Source: Gordius albopunctatus (Eukaryota). From it: a stretch of DNA of 64,000 bases. Below the pieces are notes generated by a model. That model did not search any database. It was not told the origin of the DNA and saw only the letters and a list, made by a program, of their open reading frames with translations. This document shows, piece by piece, positions 49,562 through 62,756 of the stretch; the first letter of the stretch is position 1; every line of letters starts with the position of its first letter. The position numbers were made by a program, and so were the translations under genes. The DNA is taken from NCBI GenBank assembly GCA_964276515.1, contig OZ193909.1, positions 14,136,001 through 14,200,000 of the forward strand. The letters run 5' to 3'.

Positions 49562-51819
49562 ATGAGGTGCTGCATATCAAAGTCCCTAATTGTCTTTATG
49601 AGATCGGCCGCTGTTTTATCAAATTCAAAAAGTTTAATTATTTATATCCCTTTCTGTTGCCCTATATCAGGAGAATTGAGCCTATATGGAATACGTTTTG
49701 AATGTGATACATCCATTATCATACTGATAACAAATATGGTTTCCTCAAAAAAATCTGTTGTTATAGGATACTTCCTAGGAACCTATAAAGGAGATAATGA
49801 GATTTTGAGCTGCATAGACAAATTTTATAATCAAAATAATATAGCCTTTTTATTAGAATCCTCATATAAAATAATATACATCATAATGTATAATAGTGAT
49901 CATCTAGTAAATATAGCACTAAATAATGATATTATTCCACATCATATCTACCATCAATATTTTCACAAATTGTATAATGCTTATGATAATTTGGATAATA
50001 TTTACATGCCATCTAAGTTGAAGAAATTGTCCAAATATTCATGTATTGTGTCAAACCTCAATTTAACATTATTAAGGTATCAAAATTCTACAAATCAAAA
50101 AGATGCTTATGCCATGGATTTAGCAAACATTATTCTTGGATTGATGTCATTATATTTTTTCATGAATATTTTGGAGCTTACACAAATAATGAGCTATGTT
50201 ACACTTTATATGGAGGTATAAAATTATAAGTACAATTATATTTAATTAGAAACTGGCTGACATTTTGCATAATATATTGTTTTGGCTTATGGGAATACCA
50301 TCAGGCTTAAAATTAGTGAAACCATTGACTTCATCACTGGGAAAATTTTTTGTGTTTCATATTAAACTTTGGACTGGTAATTTATATAAAACTTTGTTTT
50401 ATGATATTAGATTATATTAATCTGGCTTGGCCCATATTGGGAAATTTTATGATGAACATTAAGATTGTATCATGCTTAGGTTTTACCTTTATATTATCGC
50501 TTACAGTTGATATCTTCACAATTCTGACACTTCATATATACTGTCTCTACATATATGCTACTAAGTATTTTACCCCTGAAATATAATATATTAATTTAGG
50601 ATTTATCATTTAGTTATTACAGCAAGTTTATCATTATTTCGAGTTTTTAGAGGAAAAAAATGGAATGTTTTGAGGAAAAGGGTTGACCATGCTACTTATG
50701 AACTAGATCAATTATTTATGAGCACTTTAATCTTTACAATTCTGATATTTGTGTTGCCCTCTATCCTAGTATTCTATGTAGTTTTTGCAGGGGTAAGTTT
50801 TATTTTAGATGTAAAATAATGTTTATAAGTTAAGATTGTTTATATTACTTGGGTATTTGACATTGACACTCTTTACAAATATATTTCTGAACTTCCCAAT
50901 CTACAGTATATTAATGAGAATTTTGTCAAGAGATGATGCATTGAAATACAGTATGCATTTTATAATTTACTTTATATTTTTATGTTTAGAAAGAAATGTG
51001 TATTTTGAAGAAGTTCGTTGCGAAAATAATTGCATTATTATGCATTTAAAAGTAAGTCATTTTATGATGTATTCCTCCATTTATATTAAAGTTTTACAAC
51101 ATTACATGGGCGTAGCCAAGGGGGGTGGGGCAGGGAGGGGCGACTGCCCCCTCTAAATCCAAAAATATGTGTGAAATTTATTAAAATTATGGCTAACATT
51201 TTAATTTTTTAATAAGTACAATGAGTTACGTCTATTTTGTGCCTTAAATATTCTCTTTCGAAAAAAATTTAACCGGTTGATTTTTTACGAAAATATAAGA
51301 GAATAACGCCTTTACTTTCAAAATATGTCAAAATTAATCGTGATTTTGGCCTTTTGAACGTCCATAACTTACAAAATATTTATAGAAATTACAATTTATA
51401 TATGAGGCTAACACCCTCACCTAAATTATCCAAATGTGAGATGGTCGCTCGAAAAGGTTTTGATTTGTCATGAAATGGCCATAATAATATATAAAATTAT
51501 TTGATGTTCAACTATTACTTGTTTTGCAAAAATTTTCATTGAATAAGAAAAATTATAATTAAAATAAACAACAAAAATGGCTTAATTGATATAAATAATA
51601 AAGAACAATATATTTTTCAATTATGAGACTTTTTGATATTTTACTTTATTTCAGTTGTCGCGCCTAAGTTATAGAACCATTTTTAATGTATACGTGGATA
51701 ATGTGATTAAAACATTACCAGTTATAAAATGGAAATTACTACTTTCATCTCTATTTATGGGACATATTGTTGATGTTGACTTTAATTCCTGGATCTACAA
51801 AAACTGTAAAGCAGAATAA
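49562..51819 (+). CDS. PIGQ: Phosphatidylinositol N-acetylglucosaminyltransferase subunit Q (Gpi1)
   Basis: Exons 49562-50215, 50250-50376, 50411-50564, 50600-50792, 50830-50950, 50990-51051 and 51655-51819 give [34 protein letters not shown] and [36 protein letters not shown]. Confidence 0.92.
51105..51205 (+). mobile_element. hAT-type MITE (CATGGGCGTAGCC family), 5' part, in PIGQ intron
   Basis: catgggcgtagccaagggggg..ctgccccctctaaatccaaaaat. Confidence 0.7.
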
Positions 51820-52371
51820 GTTTTTGAAAAATATATTGTAAATATTAAAATGTATCAACAATTGTAAATTATTTAACCATATTTATTAATAAATTATATT
51901 ATGGATCTATATAAAAAGGTTCATTTTTATTATAGCCTCTAGTACTGATTGGTCATATATTATATTTTATGACCGCATTAAAGTTTTTACATGAGTCAGT
52001 TTCAAATTAACTCTTATAAGACACATCAATTTTCGCTAAAATAAACAATAAATTATTTCGACTCATTTTAATAACACAAAAAATAAAAATACAGTTTTTT
52101 TTAAAGATGTTTACTTTTCAAATACCTATATTTTCGAAAATTATATTTTCGACTCCCTTTAATTAAACTCTTCTAAATAAATTTTTTTGTAATTTTCACT
52201 TGCTTTGATACAACTTTTACTAATTTCTCATAATTCTTGATATTTTATAGATTTAAAACATAGAAATAATTTTATAAGGAATTGTTTTATTACTTTTCTA
52301 CAATTAAAAAAAAATAAAAATTTCCAATAGCTGTTTGTTGTCACACTAAGATGGTCAGCTTCTTTAGATAT

Positions 52372-52972
52372 TTGGATAAGGGGTGATGCTCGGCTTTCCA
52401 GGCCTGACAGCCTTGGTGACGATGTGATTTTTAATCTTTTTTGAAATAAGTACCAGAGGCGGGATTGAACCTGCGAGCTCTTGCTTCAAAGACTAAGGGA
52501 AGGGGGCGTTCGTGATGACGCGCGAAGCGAACAAAAGCGAAGTTAATTTTTGGACTAATTTATCAAACTCTTCATTTTTTTTATTAATATCTTTATATTC
52601 ATCGTGAAATTTATCATATATCAATGTTATTTATTGATAAGATCGTAATTATTCTATAAATATATAAAATTATATAAAAAATACATACGTACCAAATTCA
52701 ATTTTTCAACCATCGCGCGAAAAGTACAAAATGATTTGTATCTTATTTTCGTTCGCTTTTTACCGCGGGCGAAAATAATCGTCTGCGGTTTTCCTATGAA
52801 CGCCTCCTTTTTACAATTGTTTATTTCGTGATATATGATAAATTTCACGATTGAGTATAAAGTTGTTAATAAAAAAATAAAGAGTATCGTAAATTAACCC
52901 AAAACTCATTTCGCTTTTTTTCGCTTCGCGCGGCATCACGAACGCAGCGTAAATCTATACCCACTACGCCCC
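52372..52972 (-). mobile_element. tRNA-derived SINE copy split by a MITE
   Basis: 52372-52496 plus 52950-52972 rebuild the reverse complement of 9803-9960. Confidence 0.75.
52497..52949. mobile_element. PIF/Harbinger-type foldback MITE
   Basis: Long inverted arms (gcgttcgtgatg.cgcgcgaagcgaa / ttcgcttcgcgcg.catcacgaacgc); TAA duplication at 52494-52496 and 52950-52952; related sequence at ~4555-4670. Confidence 0.8.
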
Positions 52973-54642
52973 ATTACAATTATACATTCGAAAATAAAAT
53001 TGTTTAAATAAATTTAATCAAATAAAAATGTAAAAAATAAATAGCACTTTTATATTCGATATTTTAGGCGGTGTTCATCAAACGCTTGCATGGGACAATT
53101 TGTAAAGCTTTTTGGTTATTTAAAAATTGAATTCATAAGTTTTACTAGTTCGTATTCAAGATGAACCTTAAGTGCTCTATTTATAAGCTATTTATGCAGG
53201 CAGGACTAAGATTAAGTAAATTTTAAAGCTAGGATTATATATTATTTAGCGCATACCGCAATGGACTTTTATAATGGTGATGGTACAAATTAGTGATGGA
53301 AAAACGCTTAGCACTAGCGCGCTTAGCACCTCCCCGCTGATGGGAATAGCCTATTAAATACGCTATGTCTACTAGCACATAGTCACTTTAAGTGCTATAA
53401 GCTATAGGAGATGGGAGGTCTGAGGTGCTATATGCCTCCACTTTTTGCACACGGATTTGGGACCGTCGTAGGTAGTGTTCAACATTTTATATAATACAAA
53501 TTATAATACTAAAACCCGCATGGAAAGGTTACACATCCTTACACTTTTAAAAAAAATATATACGGAATAAAAATCTCTCTTGTTTTATTAAAAATATTAA
53601 AAAAGTGTTAAAAAATCCAAATGGAAAACTTTTATATTTTATAAAAAACCTGAATACACAAACTTTTTAAAGATTTAGCCGGACACGACATATCATTGGA
53701 AATATAAAGATATTAGTTAATTCATAAAGAAAATATTTCTATGGAAATTGCAAACTTAAAATAAATGTGAAGTATAGAAAATTAAATTTTATAGTTCTAG
53801 CAAACTATAACATTTGTATCAAATTCACTGTGTTTGTCAACTCTATATAGACTGAGAAAATTATAAGTTGGCTTATAATTGACTTATTTGCACAATTGAG
53901 AAAATTAAGGCCCGTTATTCACCCTGGCTAAAGCTTTAAAGTAGACCTTAACATATTTAAGGCAACGTTTAAGTCCATTGATATTACCATCATCAATTAT
54001 AGCCCATAGCATAGTGTTTATTGCATGTTCGCCATAGCGTTATAAACCACAAAGTGCGAGTGATCAACTAGTTGTACATATTAATACGTTATAAAAACAA
54101 CAATAAAAGCAGTATTATATAGGATTAAGAACATAAGGTTTTAAACTTTAAATTAAAGTGCAAGTATTTAAATTTGTGACAAAAATCATTACAATCAAAT
54201 TTATATTCCAAATTATTACCTTCCAATCCTAATTAACTTTGCCATTAAATAGTTATTTATCGGATACAATATAGGTTCGTGTATTTATTTTATATTGCAC
54301 AATTATAGTAAATTTGAATGCACCTGCCAACCCAGCTATTAATGTGAAAAGTAATGCATATGACAAAACTATGTATATTCACATAATGTCTTATTAAGTT
54401 TCGATTTTATAATTACAGCATCATGCAGGATGAATAACTGTGAAATTCAAATAGGCCTTTTGCTTTAGTAATATTTACTATTCTACCGGATCTCATTCTA
54501 AGCCTAAACTTTTGTAATATTTAATAATGCTATGGATATAAATATGTGATGAATATATTATACAATTATTCACATAGCATAAAAGTCAACAATACTTAGG
54601 TAATAATTGCCAAATTTTAAATTGTTTGCAAAAAATATAATA

Positions 54643-55464
54643 CTAGATAAGCTCGGCAAACGTTGTTTTGCCATATACATTATGTCTGACAAATTAACTA
54701 GATTACTATAAGTGTGATGAAACTGGCCGGGAAATGTCCAATATATTTAAAACGAAAAGGTATTTTAGGATTCTGAAAAAGCTATTTTACCCCTGGCCGC
54801 CCTGGTCATCTACGGCTAAATTTTCGCGCGAATCGGGCCGGTAGTTTTAGAATTTAGCCCTTACATACATACTATATATACACTAAAAATAGTGGGTTCA
54901 TAAAATCCATGACGTGATAAAATTCGTGCCCCATTTCAATATATAAAATGTATAAGTCTAATATTTATTTTTAATAATATTAAATTAATCCTATTAATAA
55001 ATAATACATATTTCTACTTTCTAACTTTCCTGACGTCATTATTGTATATGATGCTATAAACGAAACTGGCCGGGAAATGTCCGATATTTTTAAAACTAAA
55101 AGGAAAATTAGGATTCTGAAAAATCTATTTTACCCCTGGCCGTCCTGGACTTTTACGGCTAAATTTTCGCGCGAATCCGGCCGGTAGTTTCATAATTTAG
55201 CCCTTTTTTAAAACGAAATGTCCGATATTTTTCAAACTAAAAGGAATTTTAGGATTCTGAAAAAGCTATTTTACCCCTGGTCGCCCTGGGCATCCACGGA
55301 TAAATTTTCGCGCGAATCGGGCCAGAATTTAGCCCTTACATACATACATACACACATACATTTATACATACATACATACATACATACATACATACATACA
55401 TACATACATACATACATACATACATACATACATACATACATAGACTTTACTTTATATATATAGA
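54643..55464 (-). mobile_element. Non-autonomous Helitron-like element with microsatellite
   Basis: A|TCTATATATATAAAG 5' end, (TATG)n, three ~130-bp internal direct repeats, and a 3' hairpin ggcaaaac-aac-gtttgcc before CTAG|T. Confidence 0.8.
55337..55441 (+). repeat. (TACA)n microsatellite
   Basis: Seen directly; it produces the spurious HTYI-repeat ORF. Confidence 0.95.
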
Positions 55465-55734
55465 TTTACAACATTTCGGAATTTTTTTAATATCAAATAT
55501 ATTCCATTATATATTGATTTACACTTAATACCTCAAATATAAATCATGCAAATCAAAAGACACAATTATTTTTCTAAAACTCGCCGAAAAATATCGTCTC
55601 GTCTCGACATCAAAATTTTCGTCTCAATCTCGACTCCATTTTTCAAATTCTCGCCGAGATTTTTCTCGGTTTTTCCGCATCACTAGACCTTGTCACGGTT
55701 TGATTTGTCAAAACCAAGTCTAGTTTATGTATCC

Positions 55735-58700
55735 TATAACGTATCTGGTTTATTAGGTAACATAAAAGAAACAAGTGACTATTGTAATCATAATAACACG
55801 TTTAAATAGCCATTCGATTTACAACCAATTAACAATCAATTAACATTGTGTTTCAATTCGAACGCTCGAGGTCATGCCAATTAGGTAGATAGTATTTGCA
55901 CACATTACATTACTCCCCCTTTTAAAGTTGCCCTCCATCGTATCGATCAGGTGGTCTGGATACCCTTTTGTGTTCTAGAATATTTCGCTCGGACACCACA
56001 CCTTGGTCAATCGTTTTTCTTTCCCGTAACTGATCTCCGTGTTTCCTTCTTGTATTTCCGTCTATATTAACGTCATACGTAGTCGAACTTGTTCGGGCTT
56101 CTACAAGTCCTTCCCTCCACCCCGGACTTGTGTCATTATGTACTCACACCTGCTGCTCGGGTTCGAAGAATCTTTCTTGTGTCCATCGGTTTTTATAGTA
56201 CTTTTGTTTCCAGATTGATTCTTCAACCTTGTCGCGAGTCGTTCTTCTGAGCTGGTCTAGCGTCGTACGAATCCTTCGATTGAACATCGCCTCAGCCGGG
56301 CTAATACCTGTACTCACGTTTTGACTACTACTCATGCTCATTAATACTTGTAGTAAGTTTAACGAGTCATTTACCCCCGAATTTTTATTCGCATAGAACT
56401 TACTTTTAATAGTTCTAATATATCTCTCGGCTAAACCATTAGTTTTGGGGTGGTAGGGCGGTCCCGTAAATTGAACTATGCCATTGTTTTTACAAAAAAT
56501 TTTAAATTCCGTAGATTTAAATTGTGGGCCATTGTCACTGACAATATATCTAGGTAACCCAAAACGTGCAAAAATTGTCCTTAAATTTTGGATAATTGAG
56601 TTTATCTCGCCTAGCACCATTACTTCGGGACATTTTGTAAAAGCATCAATGCACACTAACCAATACTTCTTATTGATGTGTCCCGCTAAGTCTATGTGGA
56701 CCCGTTCCCAAGGCTTGTTAGGGACGTTCCAAGCGTATAGGGGTACCTCTTTAATGTTTGGTCGTTCTTCTTGGCAATGTTTACAGGTATTAACGTATTT
56801 TTCTATGTCTACGTCAATATTATTCCAGTAAACATAGTATCTCCCTAATGACTTCATACCCACGATTCCCGGATGACCATCATGTAGAATTTTAAGAATA
56901 TCTGGCCTTAATTTTTCCGGAATTATAAGTCGATCTTTATAAAATAAAAGATTAGTTTCGAAAGAAATGTAATTTCTTAATTGCAGGTATTTTCGTACGT
57001 TATCGTTATTTGAAAAGCCTTGCCATCTATTTTTAAATTACTCTATAACTTCTTTTAGTACATTATCTTTTATTGTTTCCTCTACAATATTTTTTGTATT
57101 CAAAGTCAAATCATCGATTAATTGTAATTTAATTCTTCGTATATCATTATCTATGTTTAAATTATGAGGTGAATCCTTTGGGCATAACCGAGAAAGTGCA
57201 TCCGCACCGGATTAGATTTCCCTGGGATGTATTTTATATCATAATCATATTGAAGTAATTTAATTGCCCATCTTAGTAACCTATTATTGGTTATTTTACT
57301 AAGATCCCGGGTTGTCCCAAAAATATTTATAAGAGGGTGGTGATCTGTCTGAATTGTGAATTTACGACTATAAATATACTGATGGAATTTATTTATCGCA
57401 TAAATTACTGCCGATGCCTCTCTGTCGATGACAGATTAATTTTTCTCGGCGGAATTTAGGGAACGAGAGGCGTAGGCAATAGGTTTTTCTTGGCCAGAGG
57501 AAAACTTATGCGCTATAACTGCTCCTAAACCTAAATCTGACGCGTCGATTTAAATTATGATAGGCAATTCTATTTGATAAGGCACTATAGTTTTTCTGTT
57601 TGAGATTGCAGTTTTAACTTTTTCAAAAGTTAATTTTTCTAAGTCACCCCATACCCATTTTGTATTTATGGAAGTTAATTTGTATAAAGGAGCGCAATTT
57701 ATCTGAAGGTTGGGGATAAAAGTTTCTAAATAGTTTACCAACTCAAGGAAAGAACGAAGTTCCTTTTTGTTTTCGGGTGTTTTAAAACTTTTAATCTTTA
57801 GAATCTTATCCTCACTCGCTGTTATCCCTTCACTATTAATTATATGTCCTAAGTATTTGACAGACTTTTTAAATAGTTGCATTTTTCTTTGAGATGTTGT
57901 TAACCCAACCGTTTGCAAAATATTTAATACGGTTATTAATTTGTTTAAGTGATCCTTTTCGTTTTTACCGCTAATTATAACATCGTCCATAAAGACGCTC
58001 ACCCCGGGTATGTTATTAACCAATTGTCTCATAAACCTATGAAAGATAATCGGCGCTGTTGTAAGCCCAAACGGTAATCTCTTAAAACGAAAATATCCTA
58101 TATGCGTTGATATGTTTAAATATTTCCTTGATTTCTCATCAAGTTCAAGTTGTAAAAAGGCATCTTTGAGGTCAATGATAGAAAAAATTTTACCTCCGGC
58201 TATTCTTTCAGCCACGTCGCTGAAAGTTGGTAAAATATCCTGATCTTTAGCCAAGTGTTGATTTATGGTTAAACGAAAATCACCACATATACGCACCTGC
58301 CCTGTTTTCTTCTTAACATTTACAGTTGGCGTAGCCCATTTAATTGGCGTTAAAGTAGGATTAATTTTTTTAATGACGTCTTCGTTGAGTAGCCGTTGGA
58401 GTTCATCTTCTACAGCTTGTCGTAGTGGAAACGGTACTCTTCTCGCTGCAAACATTTTTGGCATCGCGTTATCATTGATTTCGAGTGTCACTTTGAAATC
58501 TTTTACTTTTCCTAATTTTTCGGAAAATACGTGGGGAAACTGTTTAATAATCGCATGTACATTTGAAGGTATTTCAATGATAGAGTTTAGGCAAACCGAC
58601 TTTGGTAGAGTTAAGTTAAATTTTGAGATAAATGGCATACCAAATATTGCTGAACCTTTACCTTTGATGACATAAATATCTAAGTACTTTGTCACACCAC

Positions 58701-59921
58701 CAACGTCCACCTTCACTTTGGTTTTACCAAGTGTTGCAATAGCCGTTCTACCATAGCCGTATATCTTCAGAGCTTGGTAAAGTTTAGGCTTCCCGATTCG
58801 AGACCACGTTATTTCATCAATTACGCTACATGCCGCACCCGTGTCGAAGATCATTTAATAGGGCAAATCGTTAATGCGTACGTTGATGTGGGCTTTGGTG
58901 TGATGATCGGAGTCGTGGTTGATGGCTGATAACGTATTCGTCACCGTTCTACAATTTTTTGCTATATGGTTTGGTTTCCCACACCGATAACATTTAAGGG
59001 GTGGCTTTTTCCTAAATGTGCTAAATTTAGGTAAATGTACATCTTTATTGTTGAAGTTATTAAACGACTGCTTAACCTTGTTTACTTCAACAGCCCCGAT
59101 GTTTCGTGTTCTACCGAATCTAACGCCAATGCTAGATTAACTGTTTCTTCGAGACTTATGTTACCTCTCGGATACTTAGCTCTTAACTCAATGTTAAGCC
59201 TTCGTAAGTTACATCCTAGGACAAATATGTCCTTTAATACCTCGTCTAGATTATTTCCAAATTTACAGTTTTTTCAAAGAAATTTCAAACGAATACTAAA
59301 TTCAATAATAGTTTCGTTATTTCTACTTGCCTTATAAAATTGTTCTCTATGGTGATAAATAGAAAACTTATTGGCGAATATACTCCTAAGGGCTTTAATT
59401 ATCTCATCGTAATTAGTTTCGTCTACTAATTTTGGATATAAAAAGTCTCTTATTTTTGTTAGATTGTTAAAACGTGAGTAACAAAGTTTTTCGCCTTTCT
59501 CCCGTGATATCTCTCAACTTGAATAAGAGCTCAATATTAAATAAATAGTCATCAATCGAATTACTTGGATTATACAGAATTGAATCCTTTAATTCTTTTG
59601 AGTAACCGCAAGAAAAATTCGTCTCCGGTTTGATGTCCATCTGAAAATAATATGGATAATAAATTATTTAAGTTGAAGGAGGTAGGGAGCGTCTTCTACA
59701 CGAGGTTGAGTTTAAGGTCCAAGGGTTTCTAAATCCTCGTCGCCATTATAACGTATCTGGTTTATTAGGTAACATAAAAGAAACAAGTGACTATTGTAAT
59801 CATAATAACACGTTTAAATAGCCATTCGATTTACAACCAATTAACAATCAATTAACATTGTGTTTCAATTCGAACGCTCGAGGTCATGCCAATTAGGTAG
59901 ATAGTATTTGCATACATTACA
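55735..59921 (-). mobile_element. Ty3/gypsy LTR retrotransposon (Mag-like), complete structure, ORF disrupted
   Basis: 175-bp LTRs at 55735-55909 and 59747-59921 (one mismatch seen); 5-bp TSD tatcc; PBS TGGCGACGAGGAT (59745-59733, tRNA-Ser(GCU)-type); PPT aaagggggag; CCHC knuckle CYRCGKPNHIAKNC, protease FDTGA, RT FMDD, RNase H DASDLGLG, integrase VSDNGPQF..PYHPKTNGLAER. Confidence 0.97.
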
Positions 59922-60301
59922 TATCCTCTACCAAGTGATAAATAACGTATAGTAAAAACCCATACCTGAAATGTTCGATTGTCGAGCGCACACATGACGT
60001 TCGTTAATTTGTATGTTATTGTTTACAAATGAAAAAGCGCAGATGACATACATTTATTATGCCTTAGGATTGAAATTATTTTTTTCCAAAGAATTTGCTA
60101 AATTATATAACTTGAATGTTTTTAATAAATTCAATATTTTCCCTAACTATTTTTGCTACATTTGGCTCAAAATTTATGTAAAATATTTTTTTAAGATAGC
60201 ATGTTATAAAAAATCTGATTTGGATATGCTTTTGACATTTTTAGAAGTGCATGTTTAAAGATTAAATCTAAAAATCGAAGAATTAATGTTGATAACTATA
60301 T

Positions 60302-62143
60302 TGTAACGATGTTTAATGATAGTTACTTTGTTTTATTCAAACGCCGATATTATATAACTTACAAGACTGTTTTATGTTGCGTACACATTGCGTTTATATA
60401 TTAGATAAAAATAAATAATCATTATTATTGGAAAAATTGATAATATTCCTGGAAGATTTAATTAATCGATGCGCTTCCATGAAGGATGATTATTATTCTG
60501 GGAAGACTTAAATATCTCTATGATTTTCTGAGAAGATCATAATGAATCGATAAGTTCCAAGGAAGATCTGTCAATCGACGTCATAGCGTGCGATCTTCTA
60601 GGAAAAGAAATGATGTCACTACAGATACTCTTTTCCCAGATACATTGATAATGTATCGATAACAAAGAAAAGAAATGATGTATTTGCATTTTTGATCGAT
60701 GCAGTAACTCCTGTTGTTGTAAAAATGTTCACCTAGCATTTGTAGATTCGTCACTCCGTTAAATGTGATGGCGTGTGTCGTGTTTGCGTAATTAGCAAAT
60801 AAAATCAGCTGTTGTCATTAGTCGTGAATTTTATTTTATTTGGATGCATCCTAGCTCCGGAATTGATTAAAGGTTCACGATTTGTGTTAATGGAGTGTTA
60901 ATATGTTCGCCAACCAGGTGAGATAAAATTGCAAGTTGGTTAGGTTAAAGATGTGGACGTTTTTTTAGTACGACAGCAAAGTGCAATCGAGTAAAAAGTC
61001 CATGTGCGCTGCTTTCAGTTGCGCTAAAAAAATGATTTGTTAGGCCTGGTAAAATTGTTGAAGTTGCCATTGTTTGCAGGTAACTAAATTTAGTGGTGAT
61101 TAATTTGTAAAATGTTGCAAAATAAAATATCGCTTTTGTTTACGAACCAACTGATAAAGGTGTGTCAGTGTTGTATGTTGTAGGGAAGCTCGTCTGTCGA
61201 AAAGTTACATTGTATACTGTCATGCAAGTAGATGTAACGGTTGTTTTTCGGCGGCGAAATGCCTATGACGATAACCCAGATTGTTTGACATCTGTAATTG
61301 ATTCGGTGGTAGTAGTAGCCATGCATTGCAAGTCACCTAGTTTTTCTATATCTCTTCGGCCACATCCGCGGAGAGGGATACCAATAAATACGCATACTTT
61401 ACTATTTGGGATTTTATCTTTCTTGTTGTAAAAAGAGCGTCTATTTGGGATATCCATATTTTAATATTTCTTGAGTGGAATTCAGGAAGGTTTATGTATA
61501 CAGATGATTCCTGTTTACAGTTTCCACAGGTGGGATATTGTTGTCCGAAATGGATGGGTCGGTGGTAAGAGATAGTAAGTCTTGTTTTTCCATTTAATTG
61601 CCAGATATGTCCTAATTGTCCTGATTAAGTTCCTTGGTAGCGTTGATAATTCCACTTGTTGTACGGCATAGTTGTGTGAATAGGGATTTTAACGAATAAT
61701 TTGTGACGTTTTATATGCGATCCCTTAAGTGCCGAAAATATTACCAAAAGGTAGTGCTCGAGGGGGTGGGTTGGTGGAAATTTAAAAAATTTTGGCCCCC
61801 CCCCCCTAAGGGTTCACCAATTGTAACGATGTTTAATGATAGTTACTTTCTTTTATTCAAACGCCGATATTATATAACTTACAAGACTGTTTTATGTTGC
61901 GAACACATTGCGTTTATATATTAGATAAAAATATATAATCATTATTATTAGAAAAATCGATAATATTCCTGGAAGATTTAATTAATCGATGCGCTTCCAT
62001 GAAGGATGATTATTATTCTGGGAAGACTTAAATATCTCTATGATCTTCTGAGAAGATCATAATAAATCGATAAGTTCCAATGAAGATCTGTCAATCGACG
62101 CCATAGCGTGCGATCTTCTAGGAAAAGAAATTATGTTACTACA
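60302..62143 (-). mobile_element. Small non-autonomous LTR element (CsRn1-like gypsy derivative)
   Basis: 322-bp TG..CA LTRs at 60302-60623 and 61822-62143 (about 11 mismatches by eye); 4-bp TSD atat; PBS TGGTGAACCC (tRNA-Trp-like); PPT gggaaaagag; Gag remnant NLPEFHSRNIKIWISQIDALF..KYAYLLVSLSADVAEEI. Confidence 0.9.
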
Positions 62144-62756
62144 ATATGCATAAAGCTTTTGCACTTTTAAATCATGTATAATTTGAATTAATACAATAAT
62201 ATTATCTTAAAATAAAAAACAGCTCTTTAAATTAATTAATTATTTATGATGCTTAATGATTTCCAACAAAAATCAAATTATAAAAGTAATATTTTATGGC
62301 CATTTTCTCAGAAGTAGTATAAATGTTATTTAGATAAAAGCGATAAAAATAATAATGTGAGCAGCATCACAAGGTTTATAATATTAAAAGAATCACAAAC
62401 AAGATCTACACGTTTAGAAATGCTATGTGTTGTGTGTTTACTCATGAACTGAATGTTTAAGAAATACGTTTATACGATTTGTTATTTATCACTTGGAATA
62501 CAGAATATATAGCCTCCACTTCGAAATGTTAATATTCATATGTGCTCATTTCTTTGAGAATTAGGCTCATAATTTTAGGTTCATAGTAATATTTTGTGTT
62601 ATTTATATAACATTTATCATTATTGGACTTATGGGGAACATAACTAAAGCTGTCATATTTCATTATTAGTGACCAGGGCCTAAATATACTTTTGCCTAAA
62701 TCATGACCGATGAATAGGTTAAAGTTAGTTAATTAGAATTTTAATCATTTTAATAG

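Larger units (their letters stand above)
53900..55685 (-). mobile_element. Second copy of the GAGAC-repeat DNA transposon, interrupted by a Helitron-like element
   Basis: Terminus ccgcatcacta at 55675-55685; body is the reverse complement of 12505-13530 joined to 16590-16745. Confidence 0.65.

Noticed and set aside
54719..55337. CRISPR-like repeat array
   Set aside because: Units are ~130 bp and diverged, sit inside a Helitron-like element in a eukaryotic context, and there are no cas genes.
55218..55463. ORF with HTYI repeats
   Set aside because: Translation of a (TACA)n microsatellite.
59931..62494. 16-bp inverted match ccaagtgataaataac at 59931 and ~62479 as TIRs of a large element
   Set aside because: No TSD or clear termini; may be scraps of a small repeat or chance in AT-rich DNA.
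62296..62756. TSEN54 first exons
   Set aside because: Every frame I tried hits a stop before the 62757 acceptor, so the 5' structure is left uncalled.
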